Shown: positions 9,981 through 20,559, counted from the first letter of the stretch. The stretch: DNA of 64,000 nt from an uncultured bacterium (GCA_963759805.1 CAVXAT010000002.1:5532-69531); one strand, 5' to 3'. The notes: generated by a model from the letters alone, not told the origin. Numbers and translations are program-made.

Positions 9981-10171
9981 TTACTGCTGCTTTTGATTCA
10001 AATATGTAAGAGCTCTTGCAATCTGAACTCTCAATTTCCTGAACTGAGATAAATCCTTTAACTGACCAGTTATCTTAGTTAATTTTAGATTAAAAAGCTC
10101 TTTTTTTAATGAAGCAACCTCTTGCTTAAGAGCTGCACATCTAAATTTTTCAATTCTTTTTTGTCCATCAT
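9981..10171 (-). CDS. rpmC: 50S ribosomal protein L29-homologous segment. The canonical start (ATGATG at 10171) is in a different frame from the rest, so a 1-nt correction near 10131-10138 is needed.
   Basis: AAGGGAG Shine-Dalgarno followed by ATG ATG GAC AAA AAA GAA TTG AAA AAT TTA (MMDKKELKNL, an L29-type N-terminus). That frame stops after 21 codons (10106-10108). The remainder of L29 continues in the rplP frame. Confidence 0.6.
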
Positions 10172-10625
10172 AAAATGCAACTCCCTTAAGCAGACTTATC
10201 TCAGCCGAAATCAAATCAGCCTTGGTAACAAAACGAGTTTTCAACGGAAGCTTATATGCAGCAAGTCGCAAAATCTCTTTTGCTTCTAATTCCGTAAGCC
10301 CTCCGCCCAACTCAACAATCACACGACCACGTTTAACAACAGACACCCAAAACTCAGGATTTCCCTTACCTTTACCCATTCGAGTTTCAGCAGGTTTTTT
10401 CGAAATAGGCTTATCAGGAAACATTCTTAAATACAACTGGCCAACTTTCTTAAGCTGCCGACTAATGGTTACACGAAGTGATTCAATCTGCTTTGATGTA
10501 ACCCAATGAGGTTCCATTGCAACTAAGCCAAAATCGCCAAAAGCCACAGTTCGGGCACCCTTAGAGAGGCCCTTCATACGCCCTCTCTGCGCTTTTCTAA
10601 ATTTAGTTTTCTTTGGCATTAACAT
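9981..10625 (-). CDS. rplP: 50S ribosomal protein L16, read through in frame into L29 sequence (a single 214-aa ORF as sequenced)
   Basis: Residues 1-137 are L16 (MLMPKKTKFRKAQRGR...KLPLKTRFVTKAD). The last ~55 residues are L29 (ALKQEVASLKKELFNLKLTKITGQLKDLSQFRKLRVQIARALTYLNQK). No stop separates them. Confidence 0.9.
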   Translation of the reverse strand: MLMPKKTKFRKAQRGRMKGLSKGARTVAFGDFGLVAMEPHWVTSKQIESLRVTISRQLKKVGQLYLRMFPDKPISKKPAETRMGKGKGNPEFWVSVVKRGRVIVELGGGLTELEAKEILRLAAYKLPLKTRFVTKADLISAEISLLKGVAFYDGQKRIEKFRCAALKQEVASLKKELFNLKLTKITGQLKDLSQFRKLRVQIARALTYLNQKQQ

Positions 10626-10648
10626 AGCTCATTCCTTCCAAGGCTGTA

Positions 10649-11269
10649 TTAATATTCGCCTTTGCAAATCCAGACTTTCACACCAATCACACCATAAGTT
10701 GTAACAGCTTCGGCAAGAGCATAATCAACATTACTTCTTAGCGTATGTAAAGGAATGGAACCCACTCTTAACCATTCAGTACGAGCTATTTCAGCTCCCC
10801 CAATACGTCCAGAAATACAAATTTTAACTCCGCGTGCACCATTTTTTATTGCAGTAAAACCTGCTCTTTTCATTAAACGTTTATAATTGGCGCGTTTTTC
10901 AAGCTGTTCAGCAATGCTTTTTGCCACAAGCGCTGAGTTCAAATCTCTGGTCCTAACTTCCTGAACCGAGAGCTCGACGTTTTTACCTATAAAACTGCCT
11001 AACTCCTGCTTGACCTTTTCAATCCCTAAACCCTTTTTTCCGATGATAACACCGGGACGAGAAGAGTGAATTGTAATTCTCACATTTCCAACCGCTTTAT
11101 CAATTACAATTTTGGCAACTTCAACGTCATTTAGTTTACTTTTAAGATATTTACGAATCTGAATGTCTTCAATAAGATCAGCACCATAACCCTTTTTAGC
11201 AAACCAATGAGCGTGCCAATCTTCGAAAACCCCTAACCTAAAACCTACTGGATGAACCTTTTGTCCCAC
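10649..11269 (-). CDS. rpsC: 30S ribosomal protein S3
   Basis: MGQKVHPVGFRLG N-terminus and KH-domain GVIIGKKG. Confidence 0.95.
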   Translation of the reverse strand: MGQKVHPVGFRLGVFEDWHAHWFAKKGYGADLIEDIQIRKYLKSKLNDVEVAKIVIDKAVGNVRITIHSSRPGVIIGKKGLGIEKVKQELGSFIGKNVELSVQEVRTRDLNSALVAKSIAEQLEKRANYKRLMKRAGFTAIKNGARGVKICISGRIGGAEIARTEWLRVGSIPLHTLRSNVDYALAEAVTTYGVIGVKVWICKGEY

Positions 11270-11307
11270 AGTAACACCTCTAATTTTCTTTTATTTTCAA
11301 CCAAATC

Positions 11308-11658
11308 TTAAAATTTCTTGTCAAGAACAATTTCCAAATGACTCAACCGTCTTCTCTGCATATTTGCACGCCCCATAGCCCCAGGCTTAAAATACTTTAT
11401 AACCGGACCATGATCAATGGTAATCTGTTTAATGTAAAGTTTATCCATCGAGTCAATTTCTGGATTCTTAAAGCGTACATTTGAATATGCGGAAAATAAT
11501 GTCTTCAATATTGGTTTTGCTTTTCTTACGCCAACAGTCTTCAGAAAGGCAAATGCCTTATCTACCGAATACCCGCGAATCACATCCACCATTGGGCGAA
11601 GTTTGTAAGGGGAAATTCGTATATATTTACATTTAGCACGTGAAAGCATTATTAACAA
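11308..11658 (-). CDS. rplV: 50S ribosomal protein L22
   Basis: L22-like sequence (YIRISPYKLRPMVDVIRG) between rpsS and rpsC. The start could be the ATG three codons downstream. Confidence 0.92.
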   Translation of the reverse strand: MLIMLSRAKCKYIRISPYKLRPMVDVIRGYSVDKAFAFLKTVGVRKAKPILKTLFSAYSNVRFKNPEIDSMDKLYIKQITIDHGPVIKYFKPGAMGRANMQRRRLSHLEIVLDKKF

Positions 11659-11694
11659 CCTTTATTATTGTAACAAAAAACTAACTATTTGTAC

Positions 11695-12099
11695 CTACTT
11701 CTTTTTTGCGGTACCTGCTGCAGGAGCAACTGGAGCTGCAGTAGCTGCAGGGGTTGCCGTTGCAGTGGCAGCTGGGGCGGCCGCACCTGGTACTGGAGCC
11801 AACGGAGTTGGAGCACCTTCCACACCTGCTTTTCGTTGTCCGCTGTGTACACGAAATGTTCTAGTAGGAACAAACTCACCTAACTTATGCCCCACCGCAT
11901 TTTCAGTAATAAAAACTGAAACAAATTTTCTTCCGTCATGAACGGCAATAGTCATTCCAACCATTTCAGGAAGAATCATACTGGCGCGTTTCCAAGTTTT
12001 TATTACTTCCCGCTTTCCAGATTCTTTAACTTTTTCAATTTTTCCCATCAAACATGGCGATATGTATGGGCCTTTGCTCAAAGATCTTGACATACTCAA
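11695..12099 (-). CDS. rpsS: 30S ribosomal protein S19 with a ~35-aa Ala/Pro/Thr-rich C-terminal extension
   Basis: S19 core ([31 protein letters not shown]), then [43 protein letters not shown]. The start may be the ATG at 12093. Confidence 0.93.
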   Translation of the reverse strand: MSMSRSLSKGPYISPCLMGKIEKVKESGKREVIKTWKRASMILPEMVGMTIAVHDGRKFVSVFITENAVGHKLGEFVPTRTFRVHSGQRKAGVEGAPTPLAPVPGAAAPAATATATPAATAAPVAPAAGTAKKK

Positions 12100-12106
12100 T
12101 TATCCT

Positions 12107-12922
12107 TTATTTTCTTCTTTTCAGAATAGCTGTACTCTTACGTTTACGCGTTCTTACACCTTTACAGCTCTTACCCCATGGAGTCATTGGGTGAGATCCA
12201 GATTTTGAACGACCTTCACCACCACCATGTGGGTGATCGACCGGATTCATGGCCATACCACGAACCGTTGGTCTAATTCCCATACGACGGCTTCTTCCTG
12301 CTTTACCAATCACAACGTTTTTATAATCTGCATTAGAAAGAATTCCAACAGTAGCCCAGTTATCCAAACTTACTGTTCGCATTTCTCCGGAAGGCATTTT
12401 TAAAACGGCCAATTCGCCATCTTTTCCTACCAACTGAATAGCACTTCCTGCACTTCTTGCAAATTTTCCACCGCGACCTGCATAAAGTTCAACGTTGTGA
12501 ACAAAAAATCCGACAGGAATATTTTTTAATGGCAAAGCGTTGCCAACTTTTGCCTCTGCCTTATCGCTTGCCAAAATTTCATTTCCCAAACCCAAGCCTT
12601 CAGGTTTTAAAATATAGGATTTTGCTCCATTCTTAAAATAAATAAGAGCAATTGACACATTTCTATTTGGGTCATATTCAAACGCATGTACAACACCAGG
12701 AATGTCTCTAACAACTCTTTTAAAATCAACGATTCTGTAAAGCCTCTTTGCGCCACCACCTTGATGACGACTTGTAATGCGTCCATAGCAATTACGGCCA
12801 CCAGTTTTATGTAATGGTGTAACGAGCGACTTCTCCGGACGCTCCTTACTCAGATCAGTATATTTTATGTACTGCTGTGTACGCAAAGAAGGATTTCTTG
12901 GTTTTCTACTTACAATAGCCAT
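12107..12922 (-). CDS. rplB: 50S ribosomal protein L2
   Basis: GGGAKRLYR and MNPVDHPHGGGEGR blocks. Confidence 0.96.
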   Translation of the reverse strand: MAIVSRKPRNPSLRTQQYIKYTDLSKERPEKSLVTPLHKTGGRNCYGRITSRHQGGGAKRLYRIVDFKRVVRDIPGVVHAFEYDPNRNVSIALIYFKNGAKSYILKPEGLGLGNEILASDKAEAKVGNALPLKNIPVGFFVHNVELYAGRGGKFARSAGSAIQLVGKDGELAVLKMPSGEMRTVSLDNWATVGILSNADYKNVVIGKAGRSRRMGIRPTVRGMAMNPVDHPHGGGEGRSKSGSHPMTPWGKSCKGVRTRKRKSTAILKRRK

Positions 12923-12925
12923 TTT

Positions 12926-13285
12926 TTATTTTCCTTCAGCCTGTACATCCTTAACTTTCTGTGCACCAAAAGACTCAGCCGCGCCCATGGATTCAAACAT
13001 TCCAGGTATCTCAATCTTATAACCCTTTTTAAGAGTTATAATTGCTTTCTTTTTAGCTGAAGTCAAAAACTCTTTTCTACCAAAAGCCTTAAGCTTAGCC
13101 GGCACGGTTACCACACAAACATTTGCAACTTTTACATTCCAAATTTTTTGAATGGCATCCTTGATCATGCTTTTATTTGCTTCTTTGTGCACTTCAAACG
13201 TAAGCTTGCCCAACTTGCGATATAATTCAAAGCTCCTGCTCGTCATTATAGGCTGTTTGATAATATCATAAACTTTTAGTTCCAT
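12926..13285 (-). CDS. rplW: 50S ribosomal protein L23
   Basis: L23-like sequence in the conserved position between rplD and rplB. Confidence 0.9.
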   Translation of the reverse strand: MELKVYDIIKQPIMTSRSFELYRKLGKLTFEVHKEANKSMIKDAIQKIWNVKVANVCVVTVPAKLKAFGRKEFLTSAKKKAIITLKKGYKIEIPGMFESMGAAESFGAQKVKDVQAEGK

Positions 13286-13908
13286 CGTGAAATCATTTCT
13301 TTAAATAAATCCACATCCTTTTTAAAAAACACCCAACAACCACCGTTGATCAAATCAAACGCATTTGGTTGATCAAACGAAATGATATGAACATTGGGAA
13401 TATTTCTAAAAGATGCGATGCTTGTTATATCATCAAAAGGCAAAAACAACAACACCTTTTTATTGTCCAAAGCTGCGGCCTTCAACATTTTCTGTGCTAA
13501 TTTTGTAACAGGCTTTTCAGCTGAAACAGTAAAATCTAGACAGGAAATTGCTTTTTCGGCCAATTTGGAAGATAAAATATTGTTAAAAACCAAATCCATC
13601 TCTTTGCTGTTCATTGACAAAGTTCTTGTTCTTGGTTGCGGACCAAAAATCACACCACCTTTTCTCCAAAGTGGAGATCTTAATGATCCGGCTCTTGCTC
13701 TACCCGTACCCTTTTGCTTCCAAGGTTTACGATTAGAAAATGCAAGCTCTGCCCTGGTTTTGCACCCTACCGTACCCTGTCTCCAGTTTTGACGCAAAAC
13801 GCGAATTGCTCGTGCAAATGCCACAGGATTACTCTCTTTTGCTGTGATGTCAAAACTAACAGAACCTTGAACATTGCCGTCTAAATCATAAACTATTACT
13901 TCTGACAT
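13276..13908 (-). CDS. rplD: 50S ribosomal protein L4
   Basis: QKGTGRARAGSLRSPLWRKGGVIFGP block. Confidence 0.95.
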   Translation of the reverse strand: MSEVIVYDLDGNVQGSVSFDITAKESNPVAFARAIRVLRQNWRQGTVGCKTRAELAFSNRKPWKQKGTGRARAGSLRSPLWRKGGVIFGPQPRTRTLSMNSKEMDLVFNNILSSKLAEKAISCLDFTVSAEKPVTKLAQKMLKAAALDNKKVLLFLPFDDITSIASFRNIPNVHIISFDQPNAFDLINGGCWVFFKKDVDLFKEMISRWN

Positions 13909-13910
13909 GG

Positions 13911-14549
13911 CTATTTCCCTTGCTTTCTAATCAAAACCAGAGAATCTTTTTTACCAGGAACGGAGCCCTTAACTAAAACGAAGGATTTTTCTCGATCAAT
14001 TTTTACAACCTCTAAACCACGAATGGTAAATTGACGACACCCCATATGTCCTGGGAATCTCTTGCCTTTAATAACCTCACCTTGTGTTCTCATGTGACTA
14101 ATTGCACCGGGCCTACGATGAAATTTGGAACCGTGAGATTTTGGACCACCCGCAAAATTCCAACGCTTCACGACACCTTGAAATCCCAATCCTCGACTTG
14201 TACCGGTAACAGCAACTTTTTGACCTTCTTGCAAAGCAATATGATCAAAAGCAACACGCTGTCCCAAGCCAAAACTTCCGGCTCCATCTTCTAAGCGTAC
14301 CTCTTTAATGTTGGAAAAAAACTTATTTTTTGTTTTTAACCAATCATTAGAAAACTCTTTACCCCAGTATTTTTCTCTTAACATACCCAATTGTAATGCA
14401 ACATATCCATCTTTATCTGCAGATTTCAACTGTGTTACATACAAATTTCCGGTATCAATCACCGTAACGGGAACAACATTCCCTTCAGAGTCAAACACCT
14501 GAGTCATTCCAACTTTTTTACCTAACACACTATTCAACATAGCTGCCAT
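13911..14549 (-). CDS. rplC: 50S ribosomal protein L3
   Basis: [22 protein letters not shown] block. Confidence 0.95.
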   Translation of the reverse strand: MAAMLNSVLGKKVGMTQVFDSEGNVVPVTVIDTGNLYVTQLKSADKDGYVALQLGMLREKYWGKEFSNDWLKTKNKFFSNIKEVRLEDGAGSFGLGQRVAFDHIALQEGQKVAVTGTSRGLGFQGVVKRWNFAGGPKSHGSKFHRRPGAISHMRTQGEVIKGKRFPGHMGCRQFTIRGLEVVKIDREKSFVLVKGSVPGKKDSLVLIRKQGK

Positions 14550-14561
14550 ACCTCATCTTAT

Positions 14562-14867
14562 CTACTTAATTTCCACATCAACGCCAGCTGAAATGTTAAG
14601 TTTCATCAACGCATCCATTGTCTGTTCCGACGGAGATACAAGGTCCAAAATTCTCTTGTGTGTAATAATCTCAAACTGCTCACGAGACTTTTTATCAATA
14701 TGAGGAGACCTTAAAACAGTAAAGACCTTTTTATTGTTTGGAAATGGGACTGGGCCCAACACCTGAGAGCCAGTCCTTTTTGCCGTCAAAACTATCTGTC
14801 TTACAGCATTATCCAACAAGCGATAATCGTAAGACTTCAATGTTAAACGAATTTTCTGTTTTTTCAT
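14562..14867 (-). CDS. rpsJ: 30S ribosomal protein S10
   Basis: [15 protein letters not shown]...[13 protein letters not shown]. Confidence 0.95.
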   Translation of the reverse strand: MKKQKIRLTLKSYDYRLLDNAVRQIVLTAKRTGSQVLGPVPFPNNKKVFTVLRSPHIDKKSREQFEIITHKRILDLVSPSEQTMDALMKLNISAGVDVEIK

Positions 14868-14885
14868 CTTTATGCCGCTATCAAA

Positions 14886-16076
14886 TTATTCAAGGATTTC
14901 AGTAATAACACCAGCACCGACAGTTCTTCCACCTTCACGAACAGAAAATTTCAATTCGTTTACCATAGCAATCTTGCTGATCAAATCAACTACAACTTCT
15001 ACGTTGTCACCAGGCATAACCATTTCGCGACCGGCTGGAAGGGTTATTGTACCTGTTACGTCTGTTGTTCTGAAATAAAATTGAGGACGATAGCCATTGA
15101 AAAATGGACTATGACGACCACCTTCTTCTTTGGTTAACACAACCAACTGAGCTTTAAATTTCTTATGAGGAGTAATTGATCCGGGAGCGGCAACAACTTG
15201 TCCACGGATAACATCTTCTTTATTAATACCACGAAGTAACAAACCTACGTTATCACCGGCCTCAGCTTCTTTCATCTCTTTGTTGAACATCTCTATGCCA
15301 GTTACCGTTGATTTAGCTGTGTCGGTAAATCCAATAATTTCAACGTTTTCGCCAAGTTTAACTTTACCTTGATCAATTCGTCCTGTTACAACAGTACCAC
15401 GGCCTGAAATTGAGAAAACGTCTTCAATAGGCAACAACAATGGTTTTTCAATTTCGCGTTTTGGTAGAGGAATGTAGCTATCAACAGTGTCCATAAGTTT
15501 TAAAATTGATGGAACACCAATTTCACTTTGATCACCCTCTAGAGCCTTGAGTGCTGAACCGCGAATAACCGGAATACTCTTACCTGGGAAACCATATACT
15601 GTTAAAAGATCTCTTACTTCTTCTTCGACCAGATCAATCATATCTGGATCATCAACCATATCAACTTTATTCATGTAAACTACAATTGCAGGAACACCAA
15701 CTTGGCGAGCCAACAGAATGTGTTCTCTTGTTTGAGGCATTGGTCCGTCTGCAGCAGAGACAACTAATATAGTTCCATCCATCTGAGCAGCACCTGTTAT
15801 CATGTTTTTAACATAGTCAGCGTGCCCAGGGCAGTCTACGTGAGCATAGTGTCTGTTTGCAGTTTCATACTCAACGTGTGTTGCGTTAATTGTAATACCA
15901 CGAGCTTTTTCTTCCGGCGCCTTATCAATCTGATCATATGCTTTAAATTCAGCCAAACCCTTAGATGCAAGCACTTTTGTAATTGCAGCAGTCAATGTTG
16001 TTTTACCATGGTCAACGTGTCCAATGGTACCAATATTTAAGTGAGGTTTTTTACGCTCAAAAACACCCTTTGCCAT
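14886..16076 (-). CDS. tuf: Elongation factor Tu
   Basis: GTPase motifs [18 protein letters not shown] and NKVD; full-length 396 aa. Confidence 0.98.
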   Translation of the reverse strand: MAKGVFERKKPHLNIGTIGHVDHGKTTLTAAITKVLASKGLAEFKAYDQIDKAPEEKARGITINATHVEYETANRHYAHVDCPGHADYVKNMITGAAQMDGTILVVSAADGPMPQTREHILLARQVGVPAIVVYMNKVDMVDDPDMIDLVEEEVRDLLTVYGFPGKSIPVIRGSALKALEGDQSEIGVPSILKLMDTVDSYIPLPKREIEKPLLLPIEDVFSISGRGTVVTGRIDQGKVKLGENVEIIGFTDTAKSTVTGIEMFNKEMKEAEAGDNVGLLLRGINKEDVIRGQVVAAPGSITPHKKFKAQLVVLTKEEGGRHSPFFNGYRPQFYFRTTDVTGTITLPAGREMVMPGDNVEVVVDLISKIAMVNELKFSVREGGRTVGAGVITEILE

Positions 16077-16110
16077 CGTTATATTCCTTCTATTCTTTTA
16101 AAATCAATAC

Positions 16111-18176
16111 CTACTTTTTAACTACCAGTTGATCTTGTACATGTTTAGGAACTTCTCGGTAAACTTCAAATTGCATGCTATAACTAGCTCTACCCTTTGA
16201 CAAAGATCTTAAGGTTGTTGAATAACCAAACATTTCTGCCAAAGGTACTTCTGCGGATACAACCTGAATTCCCTTCTTACTCTCCATTCCCAAAATTCTG
16301 CCTCTTCTGGAATTAAGGTCACCAATTACATCACCCATATTTTCATCCGGTGTAAAAACTTCAACCTTCATTATAGGTTCAAGAATTACAGGGGATGCTT
16401 TTGAACATCCATCTTTAAATGCCATAGATGCTGCAATTTGGAAGGCCATTTCCGAAGAGTCAACATCGTGGAATGAACCATCGAAGACGGAAGCTTTTAC
16501 GTCTACAACAGGATATCCAGCTAAGACACCAGAATTTGTGGAATCTCTAAATCCTTTTTCTATGCCGGGAATAAATTCTTTTGGAACTGAACCACCAGTG
16601 ATTTCATTCTCGAACTCAATACCAGCTCCACGCTCAAGTGGCTCAATCTTCAACCAAACGTGCCCGTATTGCCCACGTCCACCTGATTGACGAATATACT
16701 TTCCTTCAGATTCAACAGATCTTTGAATCGTTTCTTTGTAAGCAACCTGTGCTTTACCAACGTTTGTTTCAACTTTATGCTCTCTAAGCAAACGATCAAC
16801 AATAATTTCCAAATGCAACTCGCCCATTCCGGAAATAATTGTTTGATTTGTTTCTGGATTATATGTGAATCTAAAAGAAGGATCTTCTTGCATTAACTTA
16901 CGTAATGCGACACCCATTTTTTCATATTCCCCTTTACCCTTTGGCTCAATTGCCATATCAATAACAGGATCGGGAATGTAATATTTTCAAGTAAAATAGG
17001 CTTATCTTCCGCACAAAGTGTATCACCAGTCATAACGTCTTTTACACCAACTATTGCACAGATATCACCAGCTGAAACCTCTTTAATTTCTTCTCGTTTA
17101 TTTGCATGCATTTTGAGCAAACGACTTACTCGTTCAGTTTTACCCTTCGAAGCATTATAAACATATGAGCCAGACTCAAGATGCCCAGAATAAACTCGAG
17201 CAAATGTCAACGATCCAACAAATGGATCTATCATAATCTTAAATGCTAATGCACAAAACGGTTCTTTATCGCTAGTCTTTCGTTCTTCCTCTTTACCCGT
17301 ATTCGGATTAACTCCCTTAATAGAAGGAACATCTAACGGTGATGGAAGATAATCAACAACCGCATCAAGCATTAACTGCACGCCCTTATTTTTAAATGCA
17401 GAGCCACAAAACACAAGTGTAATCTCTTGAGCAATAACACCCTTATGCAACGCCGATTTAATTTCTTCAACTGAGTATGACTTGCCATCCAAATATTTTT
17501 CAGCTAGAACTTCATCAAAATCGCATGCACGTTCTACAATTTTAGTACGCATCTCCTGGATCTTGTTCTGAAATTCGGACGGTGCATCCTGCCAAGTAAT
17601 CACAGAACCTTTATCTTCTGCGCTAAATGTTGCCATCTTGCCGGTTAAAACATCAATTAGACCATAAAAATTTTCAGACTCTCCAACAGGAATCTGCATA
17701 GCAACCGGATTTCCATGCAACTTAGATCTAATTTCTCCAACAACTGAAAAATAATCTGCCCCAATTCGGTCCATCTTGTTAACAAAGGCAATTCTAGGAA
17801 CTCTGTGCTTATCTGCTTGTCGCCAAACTGTCTCAGACTGAGGCTCAACACCACCCACAGCACAAAAAACAGCAACAGCTCCATCAAGAACACGCAGCGA
17901 TCGTTCAACTTCAATTGTAAAATCTACGTGACCGGGAGTATCAATAATATTGATATGATGATCTTTCCAGAAACATGTCGTCGCAGCGGAGGTAATCGTT
18001 ATACCTCGTTCTCTTTCTTGCTCCATCCAGTCCATGGTGGCTTCGCCCTCATGAACCTCACCAATTTTGTAAGAAACACCAGTATAAAACAGTACCCGTT
18101 CTGTAACGGTAGTTTTACCGGCATCAATATGCGCCATAATTCCAATGTTTCTATACTTCGTTAAATCGTTACTCAT
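16111..18176 (-). pseudogene. fusA: Elongation factor G, interrupted by a 1-nt frameshift near 16969-16972 (fragments 16893-18176 and 16111-16956)
   Basis: N-terminal ORF: [22 protein letters not shown]. It ends ...[12 protein letters not shown]... out of frame. The second ORF resumes at [30 protein letters not shown]. On the coding strand, ACA TTC CCG ATC CTG TTA TTG ATA TGG becomes [13 protein letters not shown] if one base is added after CCG. Confidence 0.9.
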
Positions 18177-18194
18177 TTTAAATAAACCCCCACC

Positions 18195-18677
18195 TTACCA
18201 AGCATAATGAGAGAAGGCTCTGTTAGCCTCTGCCATCCTATGTACATCTGTCTTCTTTTTAAGAGCACCACCCTGACCTTGGACAGCATCCAACAATTCG
18301 TGCGCCAACCTCATTCCCATTGTTTTATCAGAACGGCTTGCCGCCGCTTCAATAAGCCAACGCAAAGCAAGTGCAAGCGCTCTTTCCGGACGAACTTCGG
18401 TAGGAATTTGATATACACCACCGCCAACACGTCTTGCTTTAACTTCAACATAAGGTTTGATCTGAGAAATTGCCTTTTCAAATATCGCATATCCCTTCAA
18501 ATCATCCCCATTATTTTTCGCTCTCAATTCATCGAACGCATCATAAACAATTCGACGAGCAGTATCTTTCTTCCCACGCTCCATGATTGTATTGATCAAT
18601 TTTTGAACCAAAAATGATTTAAAGCGCTCATCAACCCCAATGTCTCTTTGAGCTCTTACCGACTTACGTCTAGGCAT
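18195..18677 (-). CDS. rpsG: 30S ribosomal protein S7
   Basis: MPRRKSV...LINTIMERGKK..., ending in AFSHYAW. Confidence 0.96.
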   Translation of the reverse strand: MPRRKSVRAQRDIGVDERFKSFLVQKLINTIMERGKKDTARRIVYDAFDELRAKNNGDDLKGYAIFEKAISQIKPYVEVKARRVGGGVYQIPTEVRPERALALALRWLIEAAASRSDKTMGMRLAHELLDAVQGQGGALKKKTDVHRMAEANRAFSHYAW

Positions 18678-18679
18678 CT

Positions 18680-19057
18680 TTATGCACCCTTCTTACGTTT
18701 AGCACCATACAAAGAACGCGATTGCATACGTCCAGTAACACCAGCCGTATCAAGCGTACCTCTAATAATGTGATATCTTACACCGGGCAAGTCCTTTACT
18801 CTTCCACCGCGAACAAGCACAACTGAGTGCTCTTGAAGATTGTGGCCCTCACCAGGAATGTACGCTGTAATCTCTTTTCCGGTCGTCAATTTTACACGAG
18901 CAACTTTACGCAATGCTGAGTTTGGTTTTTTAGGAGTCTGCGTGTAAACACGAACACATACACCTCTTCTTTGAGGACACGAATCAAGCGCAGGAGCCTT
19001 GGTCTTTACCTTTGTACCTTTGCGGCTACTACGTACTAGCTGGTTTATCGTTGGCAT
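18680..19057 (-). CDS. rpsL: 30S ribosomal protein S12
   Basis: MPTINQLVR..., [14 protein letters not shown]. Confidence 0.97.
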   Translation of the reverse strand: MPTINQLVRSSRKGTKVKTKAPALDSCPQRRGVCVRVYTQTPKKPNSALRKVARVKLTTGKEITAYIPGEGHNLQEHSVVLVRGGRVKDLPGVRYHIIRGTLDTAGVTGRMQSRSLYGAKRKKGA

Positions 19058-19395
19058 ACTATCTATTCCTATAAAAAATAATCAAAACTAACAAACTTTT
19101 TTCACTCTCAATTTTCACACTCATGCCCAAAATAGCCCCTGTTAATAGCTTTCATTTATGACAAAAGCTACGTAAGAATAGCCACTTTAGCTCGCAATCA
19201 CAACAAAAAATGTGTATTATACAAGCGACACGTGATAGGCATAATTGTATAGTTTTCTACACTTTTTTCAAGTTTTTCCAACTAAAAAATATTTATTGCA
19301 CAAACTGTTAGAAATTTTGCCTCAAATTCTGTATTCTTAAGACTTAAGCACATTTGTATGTAGGCATATTAATTTTAAGTACAGGAAGGAACAGA

Positions 19396-20559
19396 ATGCA
19401 TTTAATAGGTTTTTCTGCAAATTTTATTTCAAAAATTCTCCCAATAGCACTTTCACTAGCCGGACTGGGACTGTTAATCACCGTTCATGAATTCGGCCAC
19501 TTTTTCTTCTGTAAACTATTCAAGGTCCACACCCCTACCTTTTCAATCGGATTTGGGCCAAAACTTTTTCAAAAGAAAATTGGAGATACAAATTTCAGGT
19601 TGGCGTTAATCCCTTTTGGGGGCTATGTCGAAATTGCAGGCCTTGCCGAAACCGGGCAAGGGGAGCAAGAACATGCCAAAGACACCAGCGACAGGTCCTT
19701 TGACAAAAAATGGTACTGGCAGAAATTTTTCATCCTCATCGGCGGTATACTTTTCAATTTGCTGTTTGCGTACACTGTCTTCTGCGCACTTATCTTCTTT
19801 ACGCCCAAATCAACGAATGGTGGTCTAAAAATCACACAACTCGTCAAAGACGCTCCGGCTGAAAAATACGGCGTACAAGTTAATGATATGGTCATTGGGA
19901 TAAACAAAATTAAGTTCGATCCACAAGACCCGGAAAATATCTTGGAAAACTATAAAAAATTGCTCACAGAGATAAGAAGCAATCCAGGGCAAAAGATTGA
20001 GATGTTCGTTAAAAGAGACGGTGAAATCAAGCAGTTAGACATTGTTTTGAATACGGTAAAAGAGGCCGGAAAAGAGATAGGCAAGATGGGAGCCTCATTT
20101 GAACCGCAAATGCCAAAAATGTCATTCTTCAAATCAATAAAAATGGGAATTAAGCGCACAAATGAGATTATTGTGGGATTAATAGTCGGAATACAAAAAA
20201 TGTTTACTTCTCGCAGCCTTGATGGCACAATGGGGCCCATTATGATTATCTCACAGGGGGCAGACTTTGCGAAAGCCGGAGTGCTAGCATTGTTAATGTT
20301 TTTAGCCCTGCTCAGCATAAGCCTTGCCGTTATGAACTTGCTACCAATCGGGGCATTAGACGGCGGCCAATTACTTTTCGTAACTATCGAAGCAGTCATT
20401 CGTCGCAAGATTCCAGATACCATCAAACTAGTAATCAATCTGGCCTCTTGGGTACTTATTCTAGGACTTGCTGTTTATCTATCGGTCCAAGAGTTACGAC
20501 AACTCTTTTGGCCAAGCATTAAACGCTTGGGATGCAAAGTTCTAGGATTCTTTAGGTAA
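19396..20559 (+). CDS. rseP: RseP-family site-2 (M50) zinc metalloprotease
   Basis: HEFGHF in the first TM helix, a central PDZ-like segment, and C-terminal NLLPIGALDGG. Start set at ATG 19396, preceded by AGGAAGGA. Confidence 0.88.
   Translation: MHLIGFSANFISKILPIALSLAGLGLLITVHEFGHFFFCKLFKVHTPTFSIGFGPKLFQKKIGDTNFRLALIPFGGYVEIAGLAETGQGEQEHAKDTSDRSFDKKWYWQKFFILIGGILFNLLFAYTVFCALIFFTPKSTNGGLKITQLVKDAPAEKYGVQVNDMVIGINKIKFDPQDPENILENYKKLLTEIRSNPGQKIEMFVKRDGEIKQLDIVLNTVKEAGKEIGKMGASFEPQMPKMSFFKSIKMGIKRTNEIIVGLIVGIQKMFTSRSLDGTMGPIMIISQGADFAKAGVLALLMFLALLSISLAVMNLLPIGALDGGQLLFVTIEAVIRRKIPDTIKLVINLASWVLILGLAVYLSVQELRQLFWPSIKRLGCKVLGFFR

Noticed and set aside
11685-11883. Two 64-aa ORFs (both strands) overlapping the 3' end of rpsS
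   Set aside because: They lie entirely within the GC-rich Ala/Pro/Thr-coding tract of S19. Low-complexity GC-rich sequence is stop-poor in all frames, and nothing supports independent genes.
16893-16990. Programmed ribosomal frameshifting as the explanation for split fusA
   Set aside because: I could not identify a slippery heptamer, a stimulatory SD-like element or a downstream structure at the site. A plain 1-nt indel (real or technical) is more parsimonious.
19058-19395. Promoter calls in the rpsL/rseP divergent region (for example TATAAT on the minus strand near 19213-19218)
   Set aside because: A -10-like hexamer exists, but I found no convincing -35 at proper spacing. In such AT-rich DNA, TATAAT-like hexamers occur by chance.
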